Source: Nemertoderma westbladi (taxonomy: Eukaryota; Animalia; Xenacoelomorpha). From it: a stretch of 64,000 nucleotides of DNA. Positions 23,174 through 37,381 of the stretch are shown piece after piece. Position 1 is the stretch's first letter; the number at the start of each line of letters is the position of its first letter. The notes under the pieces were generated by a model. It was not told the origin of the DNA and made no database searches. It was given only the letters and a program-made list of their open reading frames with translations. The DNA is taken from the NCBI GenBank assembly GCA_032718475.1, contig JAUCBJ010004254.1, positions 1 to 64,000 of the forward strand. The letters are read 5' to 3'. A program made the translations under genes and the position numbers.

Positions 23174-24439
23174 CTAAAACTATATTGTCTTCCTAATAGT
23201 GAAACGGTTTTCAAAAATATTGGGAATTTTTCAAGTTATAGCACCAATTTTTAACCCTAATTTTGGCACTTTTTTTGAGGCGTGTTTTGAAAATTACATT
23301 TCATTAAATATGATTTGTAACATCTCTATTTTTGATTTACACCGGATTTTGGTGTTTATAATTAGATGGAATTCATATAAATAAATTTAGATTTTCAAAC
23401 TTGTTTTTTACGGCTGGTGCCAATTTTGGTGCCAGCACCAAATTTTAAAAAAATATGTCAATTTTGAAAATTGATTGTTTGAACCTGTTTTTTGCGCAAT
23501 ATGGATTTTTTGGGGTTCTGGTTTCGATGGAATATATACGAGTTGCATCAGGCGTATCAAACTTGTATTTTTCGGCGCTGTGTGCAAATTTTGGTGCCAG
23601 CACGAAATTTTGAAAATCCATTAGTACAATAGTTCAATGGCTTGTGAGAACTTACAGTATTTCTCGTGTTTTAGAGGTCTATGGCGGTTCTGAATTCAAT
23701 GGAATAAATAATTATCTAACTAGACATTTCAAACTTGAAATTTCTCGGAAGTGGGTGGAAACCCATCAAATATATCAATTGATTGTGTCAGCTTGTTTCT
23801 TGCGTTATACGGGTTTGTGAGGGTCCTGAATCTGATGGAATCAATAAAAACAGCACTGGATATCTCAAACTTGTACTTTTTGCTGATGGCTACGACATAC
23901 GTACGACATTTGACATATTACGCTGAAGAATACGAGTAGCAATGATCTGGCAAATTAGAAATGTATTCCATTAGGTGGTGCTGCAAAATAACCAACCCAG
24001 TACTTATTTCGGAAGTTTTGTTTTCGGTCGGATTCAGACTAGTGAAATCTACGTAAAAACAAAAAAATCACACCATTTCTTTAAAATTTAAGATTTTAGC
24101 GGGGGTTGGGGGGGGGGGTGTCAATATAACACCTCCCCGGTATTTGTACAACATTTTATAGCCCGGCACTAATAGGGTAAAATAATGTTACACCCAAAAT
24201 AAAAGCAAAATAAATAACATGCTCCCCAAAACCAATTATTCACACCATAATAAATTACAAAACCCACAAAATAAATACAAATTTTGTAAAATAAATATAT
24301 AATGAATGAATTTGTATAAATCAATTTTCTATAAAATATTTGGTGCTGGAAGAATTGTTTTTGTTGACAAGTTATTATTTTAGGGAGATTGAATAATAAT
24401 TGTTTTTGGGGTATGAAAAAATAAATTAAATACATTGTA

Positions 24440-25700
24440 TTTTTACATAATAAATCTACACAGGTTATAAGATAGAGAAATAAGCACTACAATACATTTT
24501 TAATAGTAAAATACAAAATCAATCTGTTCATAATATTACAATAATAAGAATAATGGGACATTTTATATAATTTAAATAAGTTTGTGTGGAGGTGGCGAGC
24601 AAGAAGGGCCTGCAGGACGATGCTACTCTAAAAAAATAAGTTATGGAGACAACAATACTAATTTTGATAAAATGTGATGATAAAAAAGGGAAAGGAATAA
24701 TAAAAAGCATCTATTCGTCGTGCAGGAGGTAATCACTATTAAAGTAGGAAAATCTCGTCTAGGTTTCTGTTAGAGGGGAAGGTGCCGAGGACTGCAGTAG
24801 CATTTCCTCTTACCACCGCCATGGATAGGCGTTGGTGGAGGAAAGCTGTGGACCGGGGTTCACCAGTGGTATGGGCGATACTCCTCCCTATCTCACGAAT
24901 GGTGCTGGTTGCTTCAGCACCGATGGGTCCGAGGGTCTCTGTAGCTATAGTCACAAAGTGGTAGTCATGGCACAGGTCGGCGTATTTGTGTGACTTTAAT
25001 CGCTCTGCTGCGGTTGCTGCTGCTCCGGCTGTCTGGGACGTCGTGGCGATGTAGGATGTCGCTAGGGTATCTCTACATGTATAGTCCCAAACAAGCATCC
25101 TGCCTTTTGACCAATTGTGAAAGAATCATTCCGTCGGGTTTTTTCCCATCTCTCGTCATGCCTCTTGGTTCTAGGGTGGATGGTATACCGGTTGAGTTAA
25201 GGGCGCGGTGGATGATGTCGTTCGCTTCAGCGTGTCGGGTGTATTTGCCATAGTTGTGGATGCAGCTTAGTCCGTGTACACCTGGGGTGTTTACTTGAGT
25301 ACCGCAGCTCCTACATCCATGCTCAGTGCAGATTGTAGTGCCTAGGCGGAGAGCTACTCCAATTCGTAGTTGGTCATCCTCGAGGCGGAGTCCCAGAGAA
25401 GATATTGGAAGGGCGTTTAGCCGGTCCCCAGAGTGATCTGCTCTGGCGGCTAACAGACGTGCCTTGCTGATGCTGAGGGGGGTGCTAGCGGCTGCTAGTA
25501 GTTCCTCAAACCGGATAACGCTCATGGGGTGGTCCCATGCTTTCTGTACAGAAGGGTTGGGTGGTGGACTTGTTCCTGGGGGGAGATGTGTCATAGCCAG
25601 GGTTATTGCTGGATCTGTATTGCCATCCGAGGAGGAAGGAGTGCTCGGAGTAGAGGAGTGCATCCGAAGACTGATGCCAAAAAGGCAAGTACTGAAACGT
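24440..25700 (-). mobile_element. CRE/Zenon-type RLE non-LTR retrotransposon 3' fragment
   Basis: LRIGVALRLG, CRSCG...HGLSC, RH...ND, EP...KPDG, LVWDYTC, K..KY, ETLG, QRLSMAVVRGN; frameshift near 25090. Confidence 0.85.
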
Positions 25701-25727
25701 CCCTCGTACTCCTAATACCCAACCCCC

Positions 25728-25982
25728 GAATGAAGAATTGTTTTTAGGGGAAAGAATAATTTTTTGGGTAATGAATAATTGTTTTGGGGGGATTAATAAT
25801 TGTTTTTGGGGGATTAATAATTGTTTTTGGGGGATGAATAATTGTTTTGGGGGGATTAATAATTGTTTTTGGGGGATTAATAATTGTTTTTGGGGGATGA
25901 ATAATTGTTTTTTTTTTGGAGGGGGGGGGGGGGGGGGGGGGGGTGAATAATTGTTTTTGGGGGGTGAATAATTGTTTTTGGT
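25728..25982 (+). repeat. 21-bp minisatellite (AATAATTGTTTTTGGGGGATT/G)
   Basis: About 10 units; degenerate related units in both orientations at 24190-24420. Confidence 0.85.
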
Positions 25983-26001
25983 GAGAGAGATATTCAAAAT
26001 T

Positions 26002-27160
26002 TGTTCGCGCTTTCAGACCTTTAGCAGTTTAACCTGCCAAATTTAGATGTCTTCTAGATTATAAATCGACTTTAGCCTATGACGAGTATTTGATACACTA
26101 CATTAGCCGAAGCCAGTCTATGCGCGACCATTCACCCGCTGGATATACCCGGGAGACTGGATTCGGAAGCTTTGACCTTATTGCGGTGTAGGCCTACTGT
26201 ATTATTCGACTGATCGTTAATATATAATTTCTGACAAATATTATTCACTTTCGGGAAATATTAACAGTTCCTTTAGGACGTGGCGCTCTAAATATGTAAA
26301 CAGAGTTATGACTTATACTAGACACAACGGGATGGCTATGGATTCACGTATAAAGCGCATTCTTTAGGAGATGCTTTGTTATCAGTCACAATCATGCACA
26401 CTACCGCACAATGCTGCACACCGATCTGCCGACCTTCACTAATTTTAGTCACATATAAAGAGAACAACAACCGACTCATGTAGTGCCTATGAAATAGCAT
26501 TAGATTCACTCCAAAACCACTTTAATGTAAGTCGCAATTGTTATATGTAACCGGTCTCTCTAACCTTCAGTATATCAAGAAGATTGGGGTTTCTGATTAT
26601 TGATCGATATTATCCAAATATAACAATATTCCATCAACTGATATAATTAATAACCGACAGTAAATAGCAGTAAAAATGCGGTGTTTGTAGTTGACAATAT
26701 GATTAGGTGAGATAACAGATATACGTTTCTATGACCAAAGCCTACTAATGTTTGGCTAAAGCCTGAAAACACAGAGGTTCCAAAGCCGGTCTTCTGGCTG
26801 TGGACAAAATACACATACTGACTCAATTCATGAGTTTCTGTATACAACCTCCAACACAGAGTCAAAAAACGCTCTGATTGGTCGACCGAACAAAGAGAGA
26901 ACAAAGAACAAATAAATGTTACACGTGGACATATCAGCTGTTAGATGTCGTCATGGTAACTACACTGTGTCAAGAGGATTTTAGCGTATTGCGACATAAA
27001 ATTGCTAGTTATGTCCGCTAAAGTACACATACAGAAGAAATGGCTTTTTATGTCCACTAAAACACCGGTACAGTAAGGAAACGGCTTTTTATGTCCGTTA
27101 AACCAACTACAGAGTACTTTGCGGGGAAAATAACCAGCTAATTCCGCAAAAGCTTTTACA
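26002..27160 (-). repeat. 3' LTR of BEL/Pao copy 2
   Basis: Direct repeat of 37382-38539 with about 7 differences by eye. Confidence 0.95.
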
Positions 27161-27237
27161 CCGCTCCCAGAAAATGGGATTTAATTCTATAAAATATAAA
27201 AATCACAGTTTCTAAAATATAAAAATACTCTAAACAG

Positions 27238-28601
27238 TTAGTTTTCCTTGCGCGGACGGCGTTTACGCAGTTTTTTGAGGCTAGCAAGAGTCCTTTTCTC
27301 TTTGGGGCGAGCCACTTTACTAGGAGGGCTGTAACTCCTGGGTGAAGGGTGCAATACAATTGCATCAGAAGGTTTAGGGTTACGGTCGATGTCTCGTCCA
27401 TTTCGATATGCTTCTCCTCGAGCTGATTTTCCTCTGCTTATCGTTGGATGCGTTCGTCCAAAACTCTTGCAGAGAATAGGGTTGTCCAAGTTCGATATCT
27501 TCTTAGAGATTCTGAATTTCCTGATCGAACTGAGATAAAGTTAATTCGTTTACCGCTTGGACTTGCTACTGCAATTTACGTTTCTCTAAACAATTGTAGG
27601 TTCATTTTCTGATCTTTTGACGAATAGTGTCCATATCTGTAGTTTCGTATAACTCTTTCCTCCGCCTCGGTGACAGGTTGTATCGGGTTAAACAGGGACG
27701 ATGGTACGGTTGAATGGCGATATTAGATGTCCACGTCCCAATCCGACTAAGTAAGATGGGTGAATATTTAAGGGAGCCCACAACCGGAGTGCCACCGACT
27801 AACTGTTCGGATAACACTAGATCTTTGAACAGTGAGTACAGTTCGGGAGGATCCGTGATACTATTAGGATCAAGAGTCTGAGGTCTAACTAGGGAATGAG
27901 GAGGTCTGACCGAGTATTCTGGAACTCTGATCATAGGTTTATTTAAGGATCGTTTGAATCAAACGAGCGTAGGTGATACATCGAACAAGTTTCGCTCGAA
28001 ACTTCCGTAAATATAGCGAGTAAAACCGTGTTCAAAGCAACGTCTCCACGGATGTTTATGTCTTTCCGTTTGTTGGTTGGGTCTTGGGCATTCATCGCAA
28101 TAATACCAAAGACGCACGTCTTGTAGGGGAAACGCGAGTGATATTTATTCGGTTTTACAACGTTTCTCTCAAGAACTCCAAATATACGTTGGAGTTACTG
28201 CGTTTATCCGGTTCTTTAACGTCTTCTCTTTTGAGTCGATTTCGAATAGAATTTTCGCATTCGATTTTCAGTTTATCGTTCCGAATCCACTGGGTAGGAT
28301 ACTCAAACAGTACCATTTCCCTTTCGGTGTCGACATCGTCCGTATCGTGTAAATCGATAGGATGACCAGTAGTTAAGAAGTCCATATGCGTACCATTACG
28401 ATGCGTATAGCGAGCAGTGAATTTTCAATAGTCCAATTCACGCGTAAGTTGCTCCTGGGACATCGGCGGTTCGATATAACGACCATCGTCCTCCGTAGTA
28501 GTCGGACTAGCGTCGCTGCGTATCAATCTATCAACAAACGCTTGTAAAGGTAGAGTATATCACTCCCTGATACCAAGATCATCTTCTATCAACTCAGTCA
28601 T
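27238..28601 (-). pseudogene. Degenerate additional ORF in the 3' region of the BEL element (unknown product)
   Basis: Same-strand ORF pieces (28601-28155, ~28120-27602, 27489-27238) separated by isolated stops and frameshifts; C-x2-C-x16-C-x2-H motif; basic C-terminus. Confidence 0.5.
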
Positions 28602-30214
28602 ATCTGCTATATGAGTTTATCAATATTATAATGAGTTTATATTTAGGCTAGCGGGCGTCGCTGCCTACCCCTCTCGGCCCCCGGACAGCGCAAGATCCTC
28701 AGCGCTGGTGTACTTTCGCCGATGTGCCTATCGCCAACGTCGTAGCTGCACAACGACCACAACAACCAGCGCGAGTCACTCCACCGTCCGTCCCAAAGGC
28801 TTAGATTTACTTCAGGTTCTTACTGGAGAGTTAGGGCTACTTTCACAATTGCGACTCGCTACTGTAAACACACTTTAGTAGTGACATTCACCTATAAACG
28901 CACAAATTCCACACAACTGTCACAAATCGCACACATTCGGGCCATTTGTCCGTTAGTCAGTGCCTTTCAGAATGCCACGTTATTATTGGGTATCCTGGGA
29001 TACTAGCAGTGTGCTATTTATTCCTTATGCTATTCAATGGGCAAGCTTTATTGTTCTTTTAACTCACTTCTAATTCTAGCGTGGTTGTTGCCATGGTGAC
29101 ATTATGGAAAGCTAGCGGTAGAATTAGGGTAATTCCCATGCATACAGATCTGGGATGCTATTTAATAGTAATTCTTTAATTGTCAATATCCCCTTTATAC
29201 ATGATTTTATGAATTTTATCGGCTATTGACTATATATTGGAGATTCTCGCACACTGATACACTTAATAGAGTGAATCTCCGCTCCCATGATCTATTAATT
29301 AATGGAATTTTGGGAATGTTATAAATTGTATAAAAATGACAATTTATCAAATTCATTAAAATATGAATTTAAATTTATTCCCGTAAATTTTATTATTTAA
29401 TATTAAATAGACACAATTTTATTCCAGAACATGTCTGGGGACTAGGATCCTTGATTCTAGGAAATTGGTCTTTTTAAGAATATCGGTAAGTGCTACGATA
29501 TCTTAATAGACTATAATTTTAAAGGATCTAAAATTTGACAGATTTTGTAAATATTAATAATTAATATTTAGGATGGGCACCAGTTTTATTCCAGAACTGG
29601 GGACGTTAACCACTGATTCTAGAATTTTGTCTTTCAAGTATATCGGTGGGTGCCGCGATATCTTAATCGACTAGAATTACAGATGGTCAAAGGGTTTAAC
29701 AGATTTATTTTTGCGTTTTACGCTACTGTTAAAGGGACATCACGCTACTATATGTATTATTTAATATACGGTATGAGAGCAATATCGCAAGAAGCAATGT
29801 CAGTGAGAAGAGGCAAGTCGTTTCCAAGGTCTACCCAGAGCTTGGTTTAGCCGAGACACGAGGATCTGAACTTTGCATTCCTAATACTCTACTTACCAAT
29901 AATACTTGAATATAGTAGGAGCTTTATTGTACTTTAATAAGTACGGACATTTCATCTTACTGTAGTCACATATTTATAATGTAATACGGGCAGTAAGGAA
30001 AGAGAAAAAGAATTATTTCTCGCCGTCGCACGAAATATATAATATATAAGTAATTAAGTAATTAACACTAATATATATTGCACTAATCTACTAAATAATC
30101 TCTAAAATAACATTCTACTAAATAAAATTAAAGAAAAATAATAATACATACATAAATATAAAATAATAAATACAAATATAAAATAATATAGTCACACACC
30201 CACACTAGACGCTG

Positions 30215-33200
30215 TTACGTTGGGGAGTCCCTAGATGTTTGTTGGATTAGGGAGGTGGTCGTGGGAAGAGTATCTTGCCTTCCATAGTTTCCGGACAGTT
30301 CTCGGTCTCGTTCCAGTAAACATAAACGACCAACTGGGCGATTGAGCTGCTGTGTCTCGAAGACAATTCCAGGTTTCCTCTTCGTCCTGGAATAGTGACG
30401 ATAGAAACATCGCTTCAGATACACGACGGCCTTACAAAGCCGATTCCAGGATCTATAGTGGTCCATCGCTCCCGGCAGGAGAGGTGAGAGTCCCTGCGAG
30501 ACGTCTGGTGTTCCAGATCTCCAGTCTCTCTCTCTGATCTCCACAACAGATCGGTTCGCGGTGGGGGAGTTTAGATCCACAGCGTCGTCCCTGGCAATGT
30601 GTAGTACAGACAGATCTATCATGGGTTTAAATAACCTTGATTTACTCGTCCGGGTTTTAGGTTTGACTTTCTCCGCTCCCTTGGCTTGTCTAATCTCAGC
30701 CGTGGTAAGATGGGGAGGCCATTCATCTCCTTTACTTAGGAAGTCGGGTCCACCTAACCAGTCTGGAGTATCTGTCAGTTCTTGAGGAGTTGCTCCTCTG
30801 GAAGCGATGTCGGCTAGATTAATCGTCTCGGGGCAATGTCTCCATTGATCTACATTGGAGTTAATATCGTCATTATCTGAGAAGCGCTTCATGCGCATTT
30901 TGGCCGATGAGTATTTGCACTCCAGGGTAATCTGTGTTGAATCTAGGTATATTAAGCTGCTGGGTGGAATCGTCCTCATCCCAGTTATAAGGTTCTACTT
31001 GGCTGGTAGCGAAGTTCTTTATCGCCACCATTTTTACTGACCTTATACTGTGTTCTCCTAGTTCATCCTGGGGGGTGGACAACGCACCTACATAATAATC
31101 TGCTATTACTGTAGATTTCCAAACCCGCATAATTCCTGACATGTTTAACTTAGTTCGGAACTTGGGTTGTCCAGCAAAGATGTCTTCGGCTAGTTCTTTG
31201 TCGATGAATGTTCCTGTGCTACCGGAGTCAAGGAGGGCGTTCACTATATAACTCCTTTTAGGTCCGTGGACCCTTAACTGCACTACGGGAAATTCTCGGA
31301 TTCCTACATTGGAAGTTGGTGCTTTCCAAGATGGTTGTCGGTCAGAAGTAGTTAGGGGAAGCTCGCTGTCGGTGTCCTTTTCATACGTAAGTGCTCGATA
31401 CACTGCGGTATTTATCAGGTAACAGGATTCGTTTTCGTCGGAGAATTCGTCCGTATAGAATCCTTCCATCTCAGAACTTTGGTCAGTGTCGTTCACATCA
31501 CTGAATTGGACATGTAGTTCGGACTCACTTACCTGACTCGGGCTGTTTCGTTCGAATTCAGTGTGCAACAAGATATGATGTTTTGCGCCGCACTTTGCAC
31601 ACCTTACGTCGGAGTAATAGGTTTGCCGTTGGTGTCCTCGTCTGAGGCAATTATAACACAACCGCTTATCCCACATGACTTCCCGTCTATCCTTTAATGA
31701 TTTCTTTAGGAATTCATCACACACATTCAAACGGTGGGTCCCGTCGCACAGCACACATTTTGGTTTGATGTTACTTACCTTACTCTGGGTAACGTTGTGC
31801 ACACTCATTCTTTCCTCGGGCTTTCTTACATGAATTCTCTTAGGAGACGTAGGAGGAGTTTTTCTTACCTGTTCTCTCCTGTCATGGGTTCGAGACCTAA
31901 ATTTACTTACGTCCTTAGGCGCTTTGTTGTCATAGTAAGATCTTTCAGTGTCTTTCCCGCTGTCTTCCTCTTGAGAAGCCTGGCTTTCGCCGTCGTCTGT
32001 ATAACACACTGGTATTACCTTTCTCCTAGAAACGGGTTTCTCACTTACCTTATTTTCCGGTGTCTTCTCCCTGGACTGCTTTAGGAGCTGTAATTTTCCC
32101 TCTCCATCTAAGAATGACATGAGATCAGCCATGGTTGGATCTCTTCGTTGTTGTTCCATCATATATAACACTTTCTTGTCCCAGCGTGTACCTACTCCAC
32201 CCTTTGGTAAAGTAGAGGCCACGGCTCCAATAACCATAGAACTCTGATATTCATGAGACTTACCTAGCCAATCTAATTGTCTACAGATTTCCTGAATCTC
32301 ATCGGAAAACTCTATAATCCCGCTGCTAATGAATTTTCGGGGCGCTACCAATTTTGCATACAAATACCTAGCTATGTTATTCCTATTACCATACCTGATG
32401 TTTAGGGTATCCAAACTTGTCTTAATTCTTCTGGATGTCCAATAAATTTTAACGCCATTAACTTGGGAGATCCTTCCAAGCACTCGATGAGGAATCTAAG
32501 TTTCTCTCCGTTAGATAGCACAGAGTTCTGTATGTTATCTTTGTAATATTCATTAAAAGGTAACCATTTCATCTCATCTCCGTTGAACTTGACGATCTCT
32601 CCCACCTTTACCGCTTGACGGGCTTCGGTTCTAGCCATTTGACGCGTAAAACTTTCTTGGGCCATCGTGTTATTTAATATCGAGTTATCAGTATATAAAT
32701 TTCTCGGATTATTATCAAGTCTATATGGAATATCATTGTCAACAGGTTTATAATTACCCTTAATAGGATTTACTATAGGAGTTTCCACTTCACTAGCAGT
32801 ATAGATGCGTGTAGGCTCCACACCTGGCGCATGAGATACTTCAGACCTAACAGGTTGACACACTGTTACCGGGGGTGGTGGTATACCTCTTTGGGTATTT
32901 ACTAATTTATCGCGTTCTAACGCGATACTTTGCTGCACTTCTTGTAACTCTAACCTACTTTCCCTTACTGTGCCCTTGAACTGCTGAACAGTCTCCTGCA
33001 TCTGCCCGAGCAGGAGATCCATCCCCCGCCGTCTCTCATCCACCCACTCGACCGCCGAAGCGGGAGCCGCCAACGTAGTAGCGGGTGGACGGGGGACAAC
33101 GGGCGACAAATCATTGATATTTCGCTCGGAGTCCAGAACAGGAACTGTCTCATGGGCTGTTCTGCTGGGCACAGGTAGCTTGGTGCTGTGCAAAGAGAAT

Positions 33201-35010
33201 TTAGAGGTAGGTTCTGGGAGAACAGGTGTCTCTATCACCGAAGGGGTGGCTTCGAGAACAGGCCTAATTATTTCAGGCTCATCTACTATAGTAGGGAGTC
33301 TTTCTATTTTAATTATTTGGTCTGTGGGTTCTGTACTACCTAAGTCCGTGCTAGCTAGTTGCCTTCTAACAGCTGGGGGCAAATCAGGCAATTTCTGATG
33401 GTGGGACATTCTTCTACTTAGAACTTCGCCTACTTCGCCTACTTAGACAAGATCTATCTCCTCCGCCTTCAGGATCGGTGGTATCGCCTTCATCAGAGGA
33501 TGTAAATCCCTGTCGTTTGGGAGTAGATCGACTCATCATCTGCATTTGACTAGCTGTTAACTGTTTGTTTATGCAGTCTTGATTCTCTTGAATATTTTCC
33601 AACTCTAGTTGGGCGATCTCTTCAGACGCTCTCCGTTCTGCTTCTGCCGCTGCCACTGTCGCTTTTCTTTCCACTTCGGCTGCTTTTCTTTCCGCTTCTA
33701 CCTCTGCCGCTGCCGCTGCCGCTGCCGCTTTTCTTTCCGCTTCTGCCTCTGCCGCTGCCGCTGCTGCATTTCTTTCCACTTCTACCGCCTTTCTTTCCGC
33801 TTCTGCCGCTGCCACTGCTGCTGCCACTGCCGCTGTCTTTCTGTCTTCTATACATTTTTTCTAGACTTGTTCTTCTTGGACCCTAGCGATGCGGAGCCTT
33901 TCATCAAATTTAGCTTGGTTTGCAGCTATCATATCCGCATCGATTGCGTCCAACACAAGCTTGGCTCCTTCACTATTAGGGCTAAGTCCATCCAGCCTTC
34001 TCCTCAACTCTTCATCACCTACAAAGCGTTGATAGTCTGACAGATAGATGTCAATAGCATCCCTCTTATGCGGTTTCTCTGCTGTCGCTTCGCTTTCCAC
34101 TTGGGTAAAGGTAGCGTCTGTTGATTCTCCATGGATTGAGTGCTCAGCCAGCTGAGATTTCCACTGGGCAGTTCCTTGAACTTGGAGACTCACTCGCTGA
34201 AACCAAGTCTTTACGGCAACTTGCAACGACGTGTCTTGTCTTCTTTTAGAAGCCTCCTCAAAGGCCGATAAGATTAGTCTGATTCGTAGAATTCTTTCTC
34301 TAACTTGATAAAGCAGCTCCCTGCTCTTGAGGTCCTTGGGGTTGTCGAAATAGTTGTTCCTTTAATCGCTCCATAGAGCTGAAGAATCCCTGTACGTATC
34401 CTGCTGCTGACCTCTTCCACACAGCTGGATCGCTGGTTTCTTTTGTCACTCCCATCCTGTGTATGTCTTCCCAGGCAGCTTCCGATAAATCAAACGGGAG
34501 TCCGGGTCCGGGGAAGTTCCATTGCGACTCGACAATAGACTTCAGTTCTTCCCTCATGTATCCCGCATAACTATCCTTAGTCGATCGCTTACTTCTCGCC
34601 CAATCAATCTGGTGTTCCTCCACCGCAATCAATACCCTAGTGAGTACGGCTGCAGGAAGGATGAGAAGGGGATCCGAATAAACCGCATCTGCCATCTTTG
34701 CTCCGCGCTCGGGTGTCAGCTCTACAGTATCCGCACTACTGGAGCTGTCGGGTTGCTGAGAAATAAGTTCTCGGCTCGAGTGTTGCTGCTGTTCCGCTGC
34801 TTCTTGGTCCCGCTTGACCTGAGCTCGAGTGCCTATGATAGACCTACTGTGTTGGACTAGCCTAGGGTCTGATACTACTACTGGAGGGATGATCTTTCTT
34901 ACAGTAGGAGGTGAGTTGAACTTTGGTCTCACACGTTCCACACTCCTGTCTGGGTCACAGATGGTTGTATCTAGGAGACTGTCTGACAGGTTTTGCTTTG
35001 TGTCAGACAT
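30215..35010 (-). pseudogene. gag-pol: BEL/Pao gag-protease plus RNase H tail, disrupted
   Basis: DUF1759-like KFNGDEMKWLPF...EKLRFLIECLEG; three knuckles CVLCDGTH..C / CYNC...GH / CAKC...HH.LLH; protease ALLDSGS; then a jump to WRHCP...NLADIASRG...WLGGPDFL. Lesions near 34320, 33861, 33414 and 32410. Confidence 0.9.
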
Positions 35011-37381
35011 GTTTGTTTGTACAGTTGAATGCCTACTGCTATATTACAGTTAAAGCAAGTCTAGTAATTCAGTATCAACTGTTAGCCTAGTAATTAATTA
35101 CCGATACTGCTACTCAGTGTAGCGTGATATATATATATATAATATATTAGAATACCAGTATGCTTATAGTATATATATAAGTATTATTACAGACTAGATT
35201 TGTCACAGAATACCGGTATGTAATTTCAGCGCAAATATATATAAATATATAATAGGCCTATCGTGAATACCGGTATACAGCTTACACTTATAGTATATAT
35301 AAGTATAATTATTACAAACTAGATTTGTCACAGAATACCGGTATATAATTTCAGCACAAATATATATAAATATATAACAGGCCTATCGTGAATACCGGTA
35401 TACAGCTTACACCTAATATATATAAGTATAATTATGGACTAGAATTAATTACAGAATACCAGTATAATTTCAGCCTAAATTTATTGAAATAAATATAATA
35501 AGCCTATTGTAAATACCGGTATGTCAATTATTTTAAAATAATTGAATTTCTGAATTTTAGGGGTTACTTGGTTACTTTACCTTACCTTATTACCGTTATT
35601 TAAGCAGTAGTCCAACTGATATTAAGACCTAATTGATGTATGACAGGCCTACTATTTTATAAATCGGTTTGAGTTGATTTATAATATATATACCCCTATA
35701 ATGGGTTTTGTCAATATTTGAAATAAATGTTATTATTTCTGGGAAGGAGTCACTACACAGAAGCTGTGCGCTCTCAGTGAAGTGCTACTTGTTGGACACT
35801 AAAACAAATAATTCTAATTTACCTAACTTACTTAATACTACAAATTACGTACAATTCAGGGTGAGATTACAATCTCTAAATAAACACAAAAATTACACGT
35901 ACGAATTTTTAGGGTAATTTAACAAGAAGTCTACAAACCAGCCTAACAAAGGGTTAGAAAATCTGGTTATTACAACGGACAGGGTACTACGGTATTTGAA
36001 AATAATAAAGCAGTAGTAAATATACTGCGTTGTCCAGATAGGAAAAATACCACCGTCTGATGACTTATAGCCGTATCGCTATAAGTACTACGTTATGTAT
36101 CACGGAGTGTTCCTACCTAGAAGTTAATTACCGCGGTCTACCAGAACCAACGTGCCTATTAACCACTTTACAACACAGATATACTGCCTACACACTAATT
36201 ACCTTCGGAAAGTATTGTACACTAAACCCTAAATTAGGTACAAGTACTTATATAACAAATAACTAGCAGTTAGAAATACTTGTACAGCTAAAAGAACTAC
36301 GGTATCTGCTGGAGTGACCGGGGCACAAAAATCACCAGTCTTTACCTACGCCACGCAGCCCTGATGTAGTACCAGGGTTAATTTAACTATAACGGTATGT
36401 ACAACAACCACAATTACTGTAGGAATTAACTTGGGGATTTGAATGTTGCGGATAATCGCATAAGCTCTGAATAATAAATATTACGCTACGCATACAGACT
36501 ACTCAAATAAAATACAGACCAAACGCTGGCAGACTACTATCAAGCCTAAACAAACTACAGTATATGCAGACTCCGAAATGGTTAGTTAGTATGCGTTCTA
36601 ACCGAGTAGTACGACTTATTCTTTCAAGGGGATTTACCTCACAGCACTGGAAGCCCCTACGTTCCTAACTAGTACTTTATCGGACATACACTCTACACAC
36701 ACCGCAATCTCTTCAGCAGCCAGACAACAATCCAGCCTACAAATTATCTAAATAAGAAATATTACGCTACCCGTACGGACTACACATACAAAATACAGAC
36801 CAAACGCTGGCAGACTACTATCAAGCCTAAACAAACTACAGTATATGCAGACTCCGAAATGGTTAGTTAGTATGCGTTCTAACCGAGTAGTACGACTTAT
36901 ACTTTCGAGGGGATTTACCTCACAGCACTGGAAGCCCCTACGTTCCTAACTGGTACTTTATCGGACATACACTCTACACACACTGCAATCTCTTCAGACT
37001 TAACAACAGTCAGACAACAGTCCAGCCTACAAATTATCTGTACAATCTGAGCAGGCTTACACGCCTTCTGCTCAATATTGGCCTACAAATAAATAAAACT
37101 GACAGAAATAAGTAAAATCCCAATAAAAACCAGGCGTCCCTGATTACTTATTAAGACCTACCGGTATATAATTATCAAAATCGAATAATACTGCTGTACC
37201 TGTACTGCTGTAAGTACCGGTCCGGGTGGTTAGGTAGTTAGGCCTACTGGGTACCGGTTGACCGGTACTTCAGCTTTATTGCCTACTGCAATACAGAAGC
37301 AATAACTGTTACTGTTCTTACCAGAACAATATTAAACTGTATTTATTGCCTACACTGCAATCAGAAGTTCATATCTGTTAT

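Larger units (their letters stand above)
20896..24177. mobile_element. Non-autonomous TTAA-targeting (piggyBac-like) element, family A, inverted relative to the 41409 copy
   Basis: TTAA|CCCT... ...TAATAGGG|TAAA termini; GGGGTCAATATGACCCC subterminal palindrome; internal repeats with the ggtgc(t/c)agcacc palindrome; homologous to 41409-47350 and 63501-64000. Confidence 0.8.

Noticed and set aside
25506-25997. 163-aa repeat protein (PQKQLLI)n
   Set aside because: It is the translation of a 21-bp minisatellite and poly(G) fused to a TE fragment.
26647-26904. 85-aa ORF duplicated at 38026-38283
   Set aside because: It lies inside the two LTRs and is not listed as an equivalent ORF in the copy 1 LTR.
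34300-34320. Programmed stop or frameshift after ...AALSS in BEL gag
   Set aside because: Copy 1 reads through in frame; copy 2 simply has a 2-nt deletion.
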